Part shown: positions 30,654-43,400 of the stretch, piece after piece | How positions within the stretch are numbered: position 1 is the first letter of the stretch | Layout: each line of letters opens with the position of its first letter | Origin: Hormiphora californensis | Lineage: Eukaryota > Animalia > Ctenophora | Direction: 5' to 3' | DNA: 64,000 nucleotides | Assembly: GCA_020137815.1 (NCBI GenBank) | Contig: CM035356.1 | Coordinates: 310,001 to 374,000, forward strand | Notes under the pieces: generated by a model | What the model was told of the DNA's origin: nothing | The model's input: only the letters and a program-made list of their open reading frames with translations | The model's database searches: none | Position numbers and translations under genes: made by a program

Positions 30654-31102
30654 CTCTATCTCCGTCTATCTACCGCCTATGGTTTAGTTGGATACATGGC
30701 ACGAATCACTATAATTAGGGGCGGGTGATTCGGTCTCTCTACCGCTTATGGTAGAGACCGATACGTGAAACGAAACACTATTAGGGGAGGACGATTCGGT
30801 CTATCCCCCGCTTTAGTCCAGTTGGATACGTGATCCATTGCAGCCTTTTATTGCAGCCTTTTATTGCAGCCTTTTATTGCAGCCTTTTATTACAGCCTTT
30901 TATTGCAGCCTTTTTCTGCAGCCTTTTATTGCAGCCTTTTATTGCAGCCTTTTATTAGGAGCGAAGTTCTACTCACCTGCCGGAATAATAATACTAATTA
31001 TGTGGCAACTTCTCCAGTTCCATATCATTGTCTAGTGGTACCATTACATCCACCGAATGATGGCCAGTTTCCACACAAATCTACAGTTCATACTAATTCC
31101 AA

Positions 31103-33781
31103 TCATGGTTTCCCAGCCCCTGGATTTCTCATTACCCCGCCACTTTCTTTACGTCCGGAGAGGAAGAACAGGGTAGGGATTATAGCTAACAGGGCTGGCA
31201 CAGAGAGAATTATCATCAGCACTATATCAGAAAGGTGTTTCCGAAGGATCGATGTAAACAGAATGTAGTAGAAACATCCAAACACCTGGGAGTTGAATAA
31301 TAATCTTGAATATAGTCTTTGAATCGGGTCACAAATCAAAACATAAAATTCAAATTAAGCCATGGGAAATGTCTGATAGTTAGTGGTTAGTAAACACACC
31401 AATTATTACCTCTCCAGTTAGGACAAGACCAAATTTCAGCCCAATATCTTGTGTACCCATGAAGTGTTTGATGGCTGGGGGGAGGAGTGACATGGTGCCA
31501 GGCATTACAGCTAGTACTGCCACTACCGCCACATAGAGGAACCTGTCAGCCCGGGCTGGTGCCATACACACCTATTATAGGGGGTCAGGCGATTAGGGGA
31601 TGTGCAGCGTCACTCAATTATACAAATTATATCACAGTGTAGTGTTTAGTGCATGTTAACTGATAACTCGTGATATTATACCTGGAGTATGACAGTGACA
31701 ACGTTAGCTGTCACTAGAAGTGTTCTGTACAGTATTCTCTCTCCCAGTAGACCCCACAAAATACGACCTGAAGAACACAGGTTTGTGTTGATAATCAACA
31801 AGGTTTACAAGGGAATCGCGGTGAAACAGGGTCGAGCAAGGGGTGAGATAAGGTGAAACAGGGTGGAGCAAGGCAAGGATCTTGTCTTTCCCATCCATTC
31901 GAAGCACATGTATGTCAGAGCATTGGCCTGACAGTGTATGTATCTAATGTCCATTGAACATTACCTGCAGCACCCACTATGGGAATAACAATTCCAGCGA
32001 GATTCAGGAATTTATCAGCTCCCTCCAGACTCCCCTCTCCACCCTCTCCACTAAGACCAAACTCCTTGAAAAGCTCGAACGCACACAGACTACTCACACC
32101 AATACCCACCTAGAGAATTGTTGTCAAATCTCCGTACTTGTCAAACAATCTCATCGAGAAATGGAAATTTCACATTGTATATCAACTCGATCTATGATCA
32201 GCTAAAATGGCTACTCACAGTTGTGGAGAATAGTGCCACGCCAACACCAGACACAATACCAACATTGTTTTCAGGACGGAGCGAGTTTTGTAAAGAAACT
32301 TTCCTTTTTTGAGGATGATCAGGTTCAGAACGGGTCTTCTTAACAACTGGAAAAATAAAGAAATGGTTAATTGAAAAAAAGCTTGTGCGTGAGTGACGTG
32401 TGTGTATTGAATCCCGATTCTCCAAGACTCCTTTACCAACTCACCCTGTTTTCGTGTCGTGTTCCCCTCCTCCTCCCCATCCTCCAGTCCGTATGTATCC
32501 TCTACCACCCGGGATATAATACTTTGGGATCTGCCTCTTTTATCAGATGGAAACCTGGCCGATCTCATGGAGGGGGGTCGACCCTTTCGTGTTATACCTG
32601 GGAGGGAGGGTTGTAACATAAATAAATATTTAAACTTATCTGCAGGGTAAAACATCTCTCTGGACACTAGGTAACCGTATTTTGTAACTACCCTCCATCG
32701 CAACTAACCTATAACAGCGTACCCAGGTAGAAAACAAAGAAAGAGAACACCTGCCAGTATGGCCCACAAGACAGGTACCCTGTCAAGAATCTCTGTTTGG
32801 GTAAATATCGTTCTGAGAAAGTTAGGATTAATATTAATACAACGCCCTGATCTTGATATTTTGTAATTCTAGGAAAACACATGTTATTACCCATTCTTCC
32901 CGTCAGAGTCCTTTATTTCTATACTGGGTAGGTTGTCTGGGTTGAAGAAGAAGAACCCAAGAAGGTTACCCCATATACCAGCCACTCCGAACCAGAACCC
33001 ATAGAACCCATTAGCTGCAGATGCCCGTGTCTTGCCCTCCTCAGTTACACGTTGTGAAAAGAAGATGTGAAGCTGCCCAAGGTGGTAACCAATGAATACT
33101 GAAAAATATACAATTATCAGATCGGGTCAGCGCCGCCAGATTGGGAGCTGGTGGGAAGGACAGACATCCCAACACATGTTACTAGATATCCAGATAGGTT
33201 ACCCATAGCGATAGTTATAGCGGTGTAGGATCCAGTAAAGAAGTAGAGGAATATCATCCAGCCTGTTAGAGCTAGACCATTACCAACATGGAGAATTACA
33301 GGATGAACATACCGCTGTGGTGATTACAATTAGAAATACATTATTGGAGAGGGAACCTTGAACTGGGCCTCACAAACAGGGGGTTGATGAAGGGGGGGGG
33401 GGGGTTGATGAAGGGGTGGGGGGGGGGGGGGGTTAGCTGTTGAGTTACTCAATATGAAGAAGGGGGGTGTACTAACCACAAGGACACCAAAAGTCCAGGC
33501 AGTGCCAGTCCCCATACCCAGGACTATGGGGGCGTGAAGATGCATGTCAGCCTTGGTGATGGAGGGATCCCTAGCGTACAGGTAGGAGAAAATGTAGACC
33601 TGGAATTGGAATATATAATATTAGGGACTGGATTATTAATTAGGGTTATACTGGATTATATCTAATTAACACCTGTAGAATTCCATAGGAGAAGGGGATA
33701 AGGTTAACAGCATGACCTACCTAGAGCACTCAAACCTATCACCAGAAAACTCCAGTGCCGGTTTGAAATACGCGGAATCAT
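31103..33781 (-). CDS. Major facilitator superfamily transporter, oxalate:formate antiporter (OFA)-like, ~11 exons
   Basis: Spliced translation: MIPRISNRHWSFLVIGLSALGHAVNLIPFSYGILQVYIFSYLYARDP...GFWFGVAGIWGNLLGFFFFNPDN...FTQTEILDRVPVLWAIL...FELFKEFG...GRILWGLLGERILYR (MFS motif A)...LLPPAIKHFMG. A 4-bp duplication (AGGT on the minus strand) near 33715-33722 must be removed. Confidence 0.88.
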
Positions 33782-34064
33782 GTGTGACGCACAGAGAAAC
33801 ACACAAAATAATGTGAGAGGCAGAGTTTTTGAAAAATGTTATTCAGATTCGTGTCAATGATGTTCTCAGCTTTCTTTGAACGCGTTGCAAGGTGCTAATT
33901 TAGCTATTGTTCTCAAGACTAGAAAGGATGCTGAACTGGTCAAGTGTGAAATAGAAAACACCAGATGGTCGGCTAGCCGCCCCAGCTTTAGACGCAGTCG
34001 AGGGGGGGGCATGTCCCCGGTAGTCACAGTTTAAAAGAAGGGATAGCATGGGTATGTGATTCTT

Positions 34065-34279
34065 GGTAAGCGGACTCTAGTGCTAAAATCTCGAAAAGCG
34101 AACTCGAGATTTCGGCCGTTAGGCCGGAAACGACAGTTTGCTGTGCCTCTATACTCGTTTAGAAGTGTTAGGGCTGTTATTTGGGTTCGAGGTTAGGGGT
34201 TAGTGTAAAGGTTAGGGTTAGATATAGAGTCCTCCTTGGGTTTAGATATAGAGTCCGTTAGCACTAGAGTCCGCCCACC
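34065..34279. mobile_element. MITE with GGTAAGCGG end, 9-bp TSD, internal TTAGGG-like motifs
   Basis: GTGATTCTT|GGTAAGCGGACTCTAGTGCTAA...TTAGCACTAGAGTCCGCCCACC|GTGATTCTT. Confidence 0.88.
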
Positions 34280-36321
34280 GTGATTCTTATGGGCGAGTTG
34301 AAACTAGAAAAACATGATAAAAGATTTCAGCTGGCGGGACAGTGGACAGAGCAACTGCTAAATGGGTAAAGATGATCTAACCGTTCACTGATATCACTGA
34401 TATTTCACCTTGTTGATCCGCCATTATGTGAGTCTTGTGTCGCTTCCTGCAATATAGTACATTATTTGATGAAATACACACAAAACGCGGTATGATAATG
34501 TATTCGCGCGCCGAGAACCCTACTTAAAAACACCCGCGTGTTACAACACTGTTTCTTTCTGTCCAATCGTGGTCCACAATTCGTCCCCTCAGCCGTTGAA
34601 ACTTGAATTGTTCATGATAGACTGTCTATCAGGCGACTCAACTCGGCCTCGTGTAATGTACAGGATGTGTATTTACTTTGTGAAGGTGGTACAGGCGTTG
34701 GTCGATGTAACCAATTCGTGACTTTATTATAACTAAATAAATTAATGTATTTCCAGAAACGTGTTCAGTCACTGAACTTCAGTGACCAATTCAGAAAGCC
34801 CTGGTGTAACTGAAGCGACACTGGCTAAAGATGGAGAATATGAGTCTAAGTGAAAGAGAGTAAAAGAGAGTAAGCGAGGGTGAGAGATAGTATATGGAGA
34901 GGATAGGAGATTGAGATTACGAGAGAGATTAGGCGATTGAGAGAAAGAGAGAGGGAGAGAGAGGGAAGGAGTGGTTAGTGGTAAAAACAATACTGGTAAT
35001 CGTCGAACTATATATAGTGTCTCAAATCTTTTGGTACTGGTAAAGTCCATTTTTATTCACCCCCAAACTCGTGCGTGTGAGGAATTTATCTTTTTTTAAT
35101 CAAAATCCTGACTTGTATCTCCACATAACGCTAGCAGCTTTATTTTAAGTATTTAAGTCGATGGGTTCCTCCCTGTGCAACAGATGTTCAATTAAACTAC
35201 ATGATATGAGAGCCTAACACAAAGTTCTTTTTAACTGTTGACGTGTGTTACTCCCGGAAATTTATGACATTATAACATAATTATACACAAGATAATGTTA
35301 TATGCCAATTATATATCATGCAACAGGCCGATAAAAATTATACAGTTTATTGATAACATGTTTATTGCCCAGATAAACTGGATCCAGTTCATCATTCAGG
35401 AAATATATTTCCGTTTTGACATTTATATCCAGGTGTTAGGGGAAGGGGGAAGAGAGAGATAGAGATGGGGGAAGAGAAAGACTTAATAGGTAGAGAGAGA
35501 TGTGAGATTCTTGTTGCGCCCCCCCCCCCCTTTATCAGTTGAATATTAGTATATCTCACATTGATGCCATTGGAGAGAACAGGACAGTGCGAGATTAAGA
35601 GAGAGTGTATTGTGTGTGACACACTGTTTGTACTATATACGAACAGAAGTCAGGGGAGAGCAAGTGAGAGCAAACAATTGTCAGAGGGATAAGAAGAGAG
35701 GATTGAAAGCTTGTATTGAGGCAAAGAGGGTTGGCGAGAGATCTGGAAAGTAATATAATGACTAGAGAGAGAAAGGAAGAGAGGGAGAGAGAAAGGGAGA
35801 GAGAGAGAGAGAGAAAGGAAGAGAGAGAGAGAGGAGGGGGAGAGAGAGGGGGGGGGGTAACATAGAGAGAACGGAGAGCGCAGTAATGTTGCTTTGTTTT
35901 ATGTATCGAGTAGGATAGCTGGGATCTCTCTAAGGCATTCGCCATTCTTGTCCTTTATAGTTTCCTGTTTTTCTCAATTCAAACACTTGATCCTCACCAA
36001 TAAAGTTTGTCAGTCTCTATCACCGTATACAATCGCGTATTGTTTTGTTTGATTGTTAAAATTAAATAATCCATTAATAAAGCCCCGATACTAAAATGCT
36101 AAATGCTCACTCGACAAGTCTCACTGTCCAATGAACACTGTTCAGTGAACAGCAAACTTTCTGCTCACCGTTACTCGCTCAACAGTCAACATCAACATCA
36201 ACAAAGATACCAGCCTTAGACCCAGTCCATACCACCTACTATGCATGTGGGGGTGCCTGTGCGATCTTGTTCTGATTTTGATTACACATCATGCTTGCAA
36301 ACAACTCCATCTTGAATTTTG

Positions 36322-37151
36322 GGGGGGGGGGGGGGGCGGCTGAAGTTTTTGAAGTTTTTGAAGTCGACTTCAAAAACTTAAAAGAGAAACTTAGGGTGGA
36401 AAACTTCAAAAACTTCAAAAACTTCAAAAACTCATATCTCCTAAACCGTTGAAGATAGGCCCTATGTTGCTTCATAACTCTTATATAAACTTGCATATTC
36501 CGAACAAGATGCACCCCTTTAAAAAGCCCATAGTCACTCATAAACCATTAAAACTGGGTCTAGCCCAAAAAAAGTCATGCACACACACAAAATTATGAAA
36601 ATATCCCATAATCCCTCGAATTAGATGAGGTGGAGACTTCATTTTGGCACGTACCCCCACTAACTCGAGGCCGCTGATGATTTTGGTGTCCATATTTTTT
36701 TCACTACTCCCTTCATAAAAAAATTTGCATTTTGTGAAACTGGCAAAAAGGGTGTGGCCCCAAAAAATTTTTTGAAAATTTACTTGATAATTTTTAAACA
36801 CTTTCTTTGCATTTTCTAGGTAATTTTTTGAGTTATAGAATGAAAATGAAATCTGTTTTTACAAAAAACTTGAATTTTTTACACCAAATTGTGCCATGGA
36901 TTTCATGGCTAGGAATCATTGTAAATATCCTAATTTGTGGTAGAAAAAGGGCAGACAAGGACGGATAACTTTGCCACAATATGTATTAAGCATGAAACTA
37001 ACCTAAACAAGTGTAATAATTGTCACTGATAGCATATAAAAGTAGTTTAGAGTTTTTGAAGTTTTTGAAGTCAACTTCAAAAACTTCAAAAACTCAAAAA
37101 ATAGGGTGGAAAACTTCAAACTTCAAAAACTTCAGCCGGCCCCCCCCCCCC
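36322..37151. mobile_element. Non-autonomous TIR element, poly-G/poly-C termini, 8-bp TSD
   Basis: GAATTTTG|GGG..GCGGCTGAAGTTTTTGAAG...CTTCAAAAACTTCAGCCGGCCC..C|GAATTTTG. Confidence 0.85.
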
Positions 37152-37452
37152 GAATTTTGTGTTGTTGTTCTATTTGGTTAGACGCATAAGTCCTAACAAG
37201 CTGGACCCACGAGCAGAGTGAGTTGTGCGACCGTCTGCCAACACTGAAGCAATCGTGTGGGAAAGTGGGAAGTGTTTTAATACTACAAAGACAGACCTGA
37301 ACACATTAGAGCTATGCTCAAGACAATGACGCCGATGACAGACGGATATTAAAGTACCACTTGAGTCAGGCGTCTTCAGGGTGCAGTGCGAGGTACAGTC
37401 GACCCAAACCAAACATCTCTCTAACCCAGTATCCATCCTAATCTAGTGTTAA

Positions 37453-40400
37453 ATGGATCGACTGCTCATCTTTCTACTACTGTTCGCGGCAGGATGGACT
37501 GATTACACGGATTTTTCGTTCCAGTTGGTTTCCAAGGATGGCCGGGTCTCCGGAGCAGATCACCCTGATATTAAAGAGGGTCTCCTCATTGTATCAGCGA
37601 ACCACAGTGGAGTCCACGAGTACGGAACCCTTGATTGGGATACCATTAAGGACCAACCTTACCTTAATCGAAGTTTTGCTGTGGCGTGCGGTCAAATGGG
37701 CTTTGCAACTGCGGTGAGTATTTTCCCGCTGTCAAAGAAGTACCTTGGTAACAAAAAGACAAAGTTCAATGACATCGAGAAATTCAATTCTTATGTTGTC
37801 TGCTTTGGTTTAGAGGTGTCTTGGGATTCTTGTTCAGAGAGAGAAATTAACAAAGTTCCAACCAAGTTTGTCGGTCTCAAGTGTCTGACACAGCAAGAGC
37901 TTACCAGCAGGATCCCCACCAAGATTGGCTTTTTTGAGATTTCTTCCGGTAATGTCACATCGATACGGGCCCCATTTCTATCTTTTATCGATAGCAATGA
38001 TAGCGATCACAAACCCATATCTCACCTCCTCAATCCACTGCAGTCGGTTGGTTATTGTGCTTCGAACACACGTCAGCTGTTTGTAACCACAATCAGCAGT
38101 CTACTTATTACAACCCAGTTGACTCCGATTACCAGTATGCCTGTCCTGAGCACTGACTTCACCACCAGCGAAAACAACAGCATCCCACCCTTCTTTGGTG
38201 ACCCCTTAGCATCTCCTTTGTTCTTTTGTCATCAAAACATTGATTCACAGAATTCACAACAGTCCCCATTATCATGTTTCGATAATATGCTCATCTTTGT
38301 TGATAAAGTTACTCCAGAAATGGTCGACGGCACGGAAACATTGCCCTACGCGAGAGATCGGTGTAATTGGCTTACTTCGTGTGATCATGATTTTGAAACC
38401 CATTTCTCCTCGGCTACAGAATCGTTCTATGTGAATTACACATGCACTTCCAACTATAACTTTAGTTTCTCTCTTGACAATCACAGAATGGAAGAAAATC
38501 AAAACTGGGTGAACGAGAGACACCTGGGCGGGGGCATTCCATGTAACATAACGTCGGAGGGAGTGACCGTAAGATCTGGTTACTTAATGAGTGATCTAAG
38601 GATGAGCCGGAAGAAGAAATGAAACTTTACTTCTGCAACATAGGGCTATGACATGCTGTGGGCTATGAAACCAACAGTGATTTCAACACCAGTGCGGACT
38701 ACTCTTAAAGTTGAGACTGGAACTGTCGGGTTGTTAACAGAGATCAATCGAGTATCGAATACCAAAGAACTAGGTGTTGTTGTACTGAGTTGTGGGCCGG
38801 ACGATGATTTTTGGGCAAAGAACCTCTCTCTGGCTATAAAGCGAGACATGGTAATGTTAAAAACAGGGGATGGGCAAATGTACCAAGTCATGGTTGATCT
38901 ATCGAATTACACAATCTTCCCGGATTCCGATCTGTCAGGCTCTTTTCTACCGATCAGAACGTTGGGTGGGAATCTGTGCCAGAAATTGGGCTACAGGAGA
39001 AGCACCTCGATGTCATACTCCAATACTTCTACAGTATATCCTTGTATTGAAATTGGCCCTAAACAGTACGACCACATTTCCTACGCTTTCCGTGAAATGT
39101 TCGAATATAGAGCGGGTTTAGGAGTAACAAGCGAGAACTGGAAAGTATACGATTTGGATAGCCTACTACGTTCCGGTACTAGTTGCATCAAATATGGCAT
39201 CCCTCCCACCAGCTTCCATCAGTTCATCTCCCTAAGATGTTCCCAGGCGGCGTTCCCGGATAATGAAATTGTGTTATCCGCATTAAAAGATGATTTGGAA
39301 ACCGCTGAGAAATTTACATTTTCACTGGTCGCTCGACACATGAGCAGCTCAGAAGGTGGAAAACTATTTTCGGGTCTCGTTTGTGCGAGTAGTGAGATAA
39401 CGCCGCAGTCTTGAAGGTGTATGCGAGATGTGGTTTTCTAGAACTCTGGTCGTTCACAACCATGGGTTATAAAGTGGACAGCTACAGCGATGAGAACATA
39501 AGCCAATTCAAAAGCAGTTTGCTCAGGAATTTTGGTTCGGGTCTGATGAAAATAACAAACCTTACGCTGGCGAGTTTTCTGGAAACAAGTGCGGCTTTAA
39601 CGAAGTAATTCAGCTAACATGCCTGGGAAACTTCATATGACCTTAATGCATTTTCTCCAACAAAACGTTGAACTCACGATATAGTCCGATTCCATATTCA
39701 GACACAGCCGCTCTGATTTGTAGCGAGGGGAGCACGATTGGAAAACAGCAGAGAGATGAATACTGCGTAAATACCAACTCAGTTAAATTCGAGTCAACTG
39801 GATTTTCAGATCACGTCACATTAAACCATAACCCGGGGTTGCTAACAAGTCTAGACGTTGGGCTGAGGGTAACCTGTACAGACGAACTATCTTGCACTTG
39901 GAAAAAGGAAAGATGCTCTTCGTTTCTTCTCATTAAATGCGGAGAGATATCATCTGACAATCTGGAGTCCTCCACTAAGGCTGTGTTTGTTGGATCGAAC
40001 ACAATTAAGGCAGATCTAACGACAAACACTGGGACAATTGGGATTTCAATTAGAGAGTTTGGCCTGTTCACCAAAGAAATACCTCTTAGCAACGCATACA
40101 TGTTGCTATGGACAAACGAGACATCTTATGACACATCTTTACTGGTGAGTACAGCTGAAGAAGCCTGTGGACAGGGCGGCTTCCAAGAGGGCACCCTAAA
40201 TGTTAGCCTAACATCCGGTTGTAACAAGTGCTGGCCAGAAAGTCTCAATAACACTCAGTATATTTACTATGGTACAGATGAAGAGATATCCCAGGAAACA
40301 TTCAGCAGCGAAGCTTTTTCTCACTTTCAGCAGCTCCAACTGTTTGTGGTGGTCAGAGATTAGTTCTCTTAAACGATGGCGACCTTTCCACAGAGGGTTA

Positions 40401-43400
40401 CCCGGTCCGGTTCACATATGATACTGGTAACCTTCAAAACGTCTCTACAGTACTGGTTAATAATCTGGACGAGGCAGATGTTCTATGCAGCGCAATACAT
40501 GGAACCAATGCTTACTGGTTTTCCGAGACGGACGACTTTCAACAAGTCTCTGGATGATTTGGGCTCTTCTTCGGCTAAACTTTTGATCGAACAGGGCAGT
40601 TATACAAACTGTGTGAATCCCGAGCTTGGAATTGAAGGCTGCACCTTTGACGAGGCTACCAACACAACTCTCATAAAGAGCACATATCTGAAGTGTCTAG
40701 AATCGGAAGAGAAGACCTTTATTGATAATAATGAAGATTCAGAAACATTCCGTGTAGGGAGAACACTAAAGACGGATTTCTGGAAGTTACTCAACATTTG
40801 TGTAGAACATGAAATGTCCCCAGAGATGGTGACGTGGTTTGCAAAAAGTGCTGCAGAGGGAAAACTTATTTCCAGAGTGTTCAGCTGGATAATGCATCAA
40901 ATCGGGAAGTTCGGGCAATGGATTGTGGTGTACCCAGGTCAGAAGAAACAGGAGATCCTATTGAGATATACTCCATTACCCGGGTGCAATAGTAGTGTAA
41001 TCGCTGTCAATCAGTACGAGCGTGTCAAGAAGGTCTGGATGAATGGTACTGACATACTAACGAAATGGCAGGGGCAGGTTTGTGCGGACACATTTGATGA
41101 CAGTCTGCGGGGGTGTTTGTTCTATTTTTGGGTTCGCCGCTGCCACAATTCAGTCAGTGAGATTGTCGATAACACCACTGTATCCCATTGGTTGTAAGAG
41201 ATGATAATGTTACGCTGGTCAGATCCACTGTGTATGGATGGTGTTGTGAAGCTGGAGTGCAGCAACCCGAATGGTGTTGAGTATCAGTTTCTAAACGAGC
41301 AGATGGATGAGAGTACGATAACTGGTGTAATAAGAGCTGTCTGGAACTCTGAACTGACCATTATCAACCTACAGAAGCCTATAAATAAGCAAATACCCAA
41401 AGATATTTGTGGAATAGGGTTTAGCTCGGAGGTTGGATCATTGAAGATTAGAAAGTCCTTGAAACCGGCGACAGACAAACTTTTAATAGGGAACTTTTAT
41501 AACAACTGTCCCCTTGGAATGGAAGATAACTATTGTCACCGGGTGAGTGAAGTGGAAAGTGCAAGTGCAGGGAAATACTTTCCATTTGAGCTGACATGCT
41601 CATTACGCGTGGAAAACTTAACTTTCCTCGTGGAGGAAATGGATAGCAATCTTGGAGTTCAAAATTTCAGATTGCGTGTCCAATACGATGTCATCTACCC
41701 CGATAGCAGTGTGCGAATGGTGGGGTCGATTTCTATTGCTGACGATGGGAAGGATTTAGCTAAAGAGACCAGAAAAAATCTGTGCCTTGCACTCGGTGCA
41801 ACGGGGCAACGGGGAGAGAGTAGTGCGGGAGATGCAGTTAGTGCAACTAATATGATCTGTCCGGGTACTGTGCGGCAAGATACAATTGCAGAAGATTGTA
41901 CTTTTGACCTGACAAACGTTGGTGGCGATTTCGAATCATCATATTACACACTGCAGTGCAGAAATCAATCCATTGTGTATTGGCTGAAAGATGGCCCACT
42001 TTACCAGACACCGTACTTTCCCGTTGGAACGCTGATGGCAACGGTTACCAAAAAAGGGAGAATGAAAACAACGCCTGTCAGTAATGGATATGGACTGCTT
42101 AATCATGCCTTGAACCAATTTAAATCCAAAAATCTCACCACCCAAAAAAACTATGAATACCAACCTGGATTACATGATTTTAATAGCAATGAATCTCTCC
42201 AAAATGCTGGTTTTAACGAAGAAGGAAAGGTGTATTCAAACTACACAGATAAGAATCCGTTCATCTGGCTTGAGTTTTATACTTATCCAAAGATAGCTGA
42301 GAGCTCGCTGTCATATCGGCTCATCAACGGTGATGGCTTTTCAAGTCTTTATGAGGGCCTTCTCCTGGTTTCCTACGACCTCACCAACGAGGCAGGTGGG
42401 ACAAAGGGGTCGATTTCAGACGGCTTGGTGTGTCAAAAGAATCTCTCAATAGAAGTTCTGGAGAGTGCATGTGAGAAGATGGGGTTCTCAGAACTCCTAT
42501 CTCACCGATCAGCTGACAGTTATGACAATGCAGAAAATTATGATTATGCCATTGGCGTTGGCTTCAAAGGGTTTGAGTTCCATTACAAAGAAGGAAAGGG
42601 TGAGTGCTGCCAACCAAATCAGAAGCTGTTGTCGTTAACTGTGGCATCGATATGGCGCCCAATGCTAGTTTTAACGATCTAATATTCAACTTGGTAGCAG
42701 ATAAGTCGAGTGTACCCAGTGACCCGCTCTTGTCATCAGAATGGGTCTCTCCCCGTTATAGGGATCCAATGGCAGGATACCTACTAGTCACGGTCCAGTG
42801 TTCTAGGGAACATATCATCCACTGGAATGGTGTGTAGTGAGGGTGTTAGTGAGGCTACAAAAACTGCTATGTGCCTGAGAATGGGCTTCCACACTTTCGT
42901 GTACCTCCAGCAACGTGTTCACCAACCAGACTAATATTTCTAACTAATGTTTCACATACCAATACATGGATCCTGGCAGTGGAAATGGAAGGATTGTCCC
43001 GGGAACGCGGGCACTTTGGTTGGAGTGTGGTTTCGATCCTACAGCTTTGCAAATCAACAATGGAGAATGGTTATTTGGTGTTCAGATGCTCACACCAAAT
43101 CCTACCTAACCCTCACCTATACCGGTGCCCAAACTCCCACGACGTTTATAGAGTCAAGAAATAGCAGCAGGTTCTAACACATGTGATGTATCCTTCTCAT
43201 CTCTAGTGCCCGGATGATCCCAAGTATTTTCCAGATTTGTGCACACAAAAATGTCACAGTTTGTCCCTCCAACGACAGGGTAGAAGGCCGGGTTGACTGC
43301 AACGATTTCATCTGCGAAACTAAGAATTTTCCAGGCCTAAGGCACAGTGAAAACCCCGTATTTGTTAGCGGATCTCTTGTCGAAAAGGAAATGGATTGCA

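Larger units (their letters stand above)
28637..30981. mobile_element. Foldback DNA transposon with GG termini, 8-bp TSD and 13-bp internal tandem repeats (Merlin-like); hosts two insertions
   Basis: GGAATAAT|GGCAGGTGAGTAGAACTTCGCTCC...GGAGCGAAGTTCTACTCACCTGCC|GGAATAAT; (AATAAAAGGCTGC)n in both arms. Confidence 0.9.
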
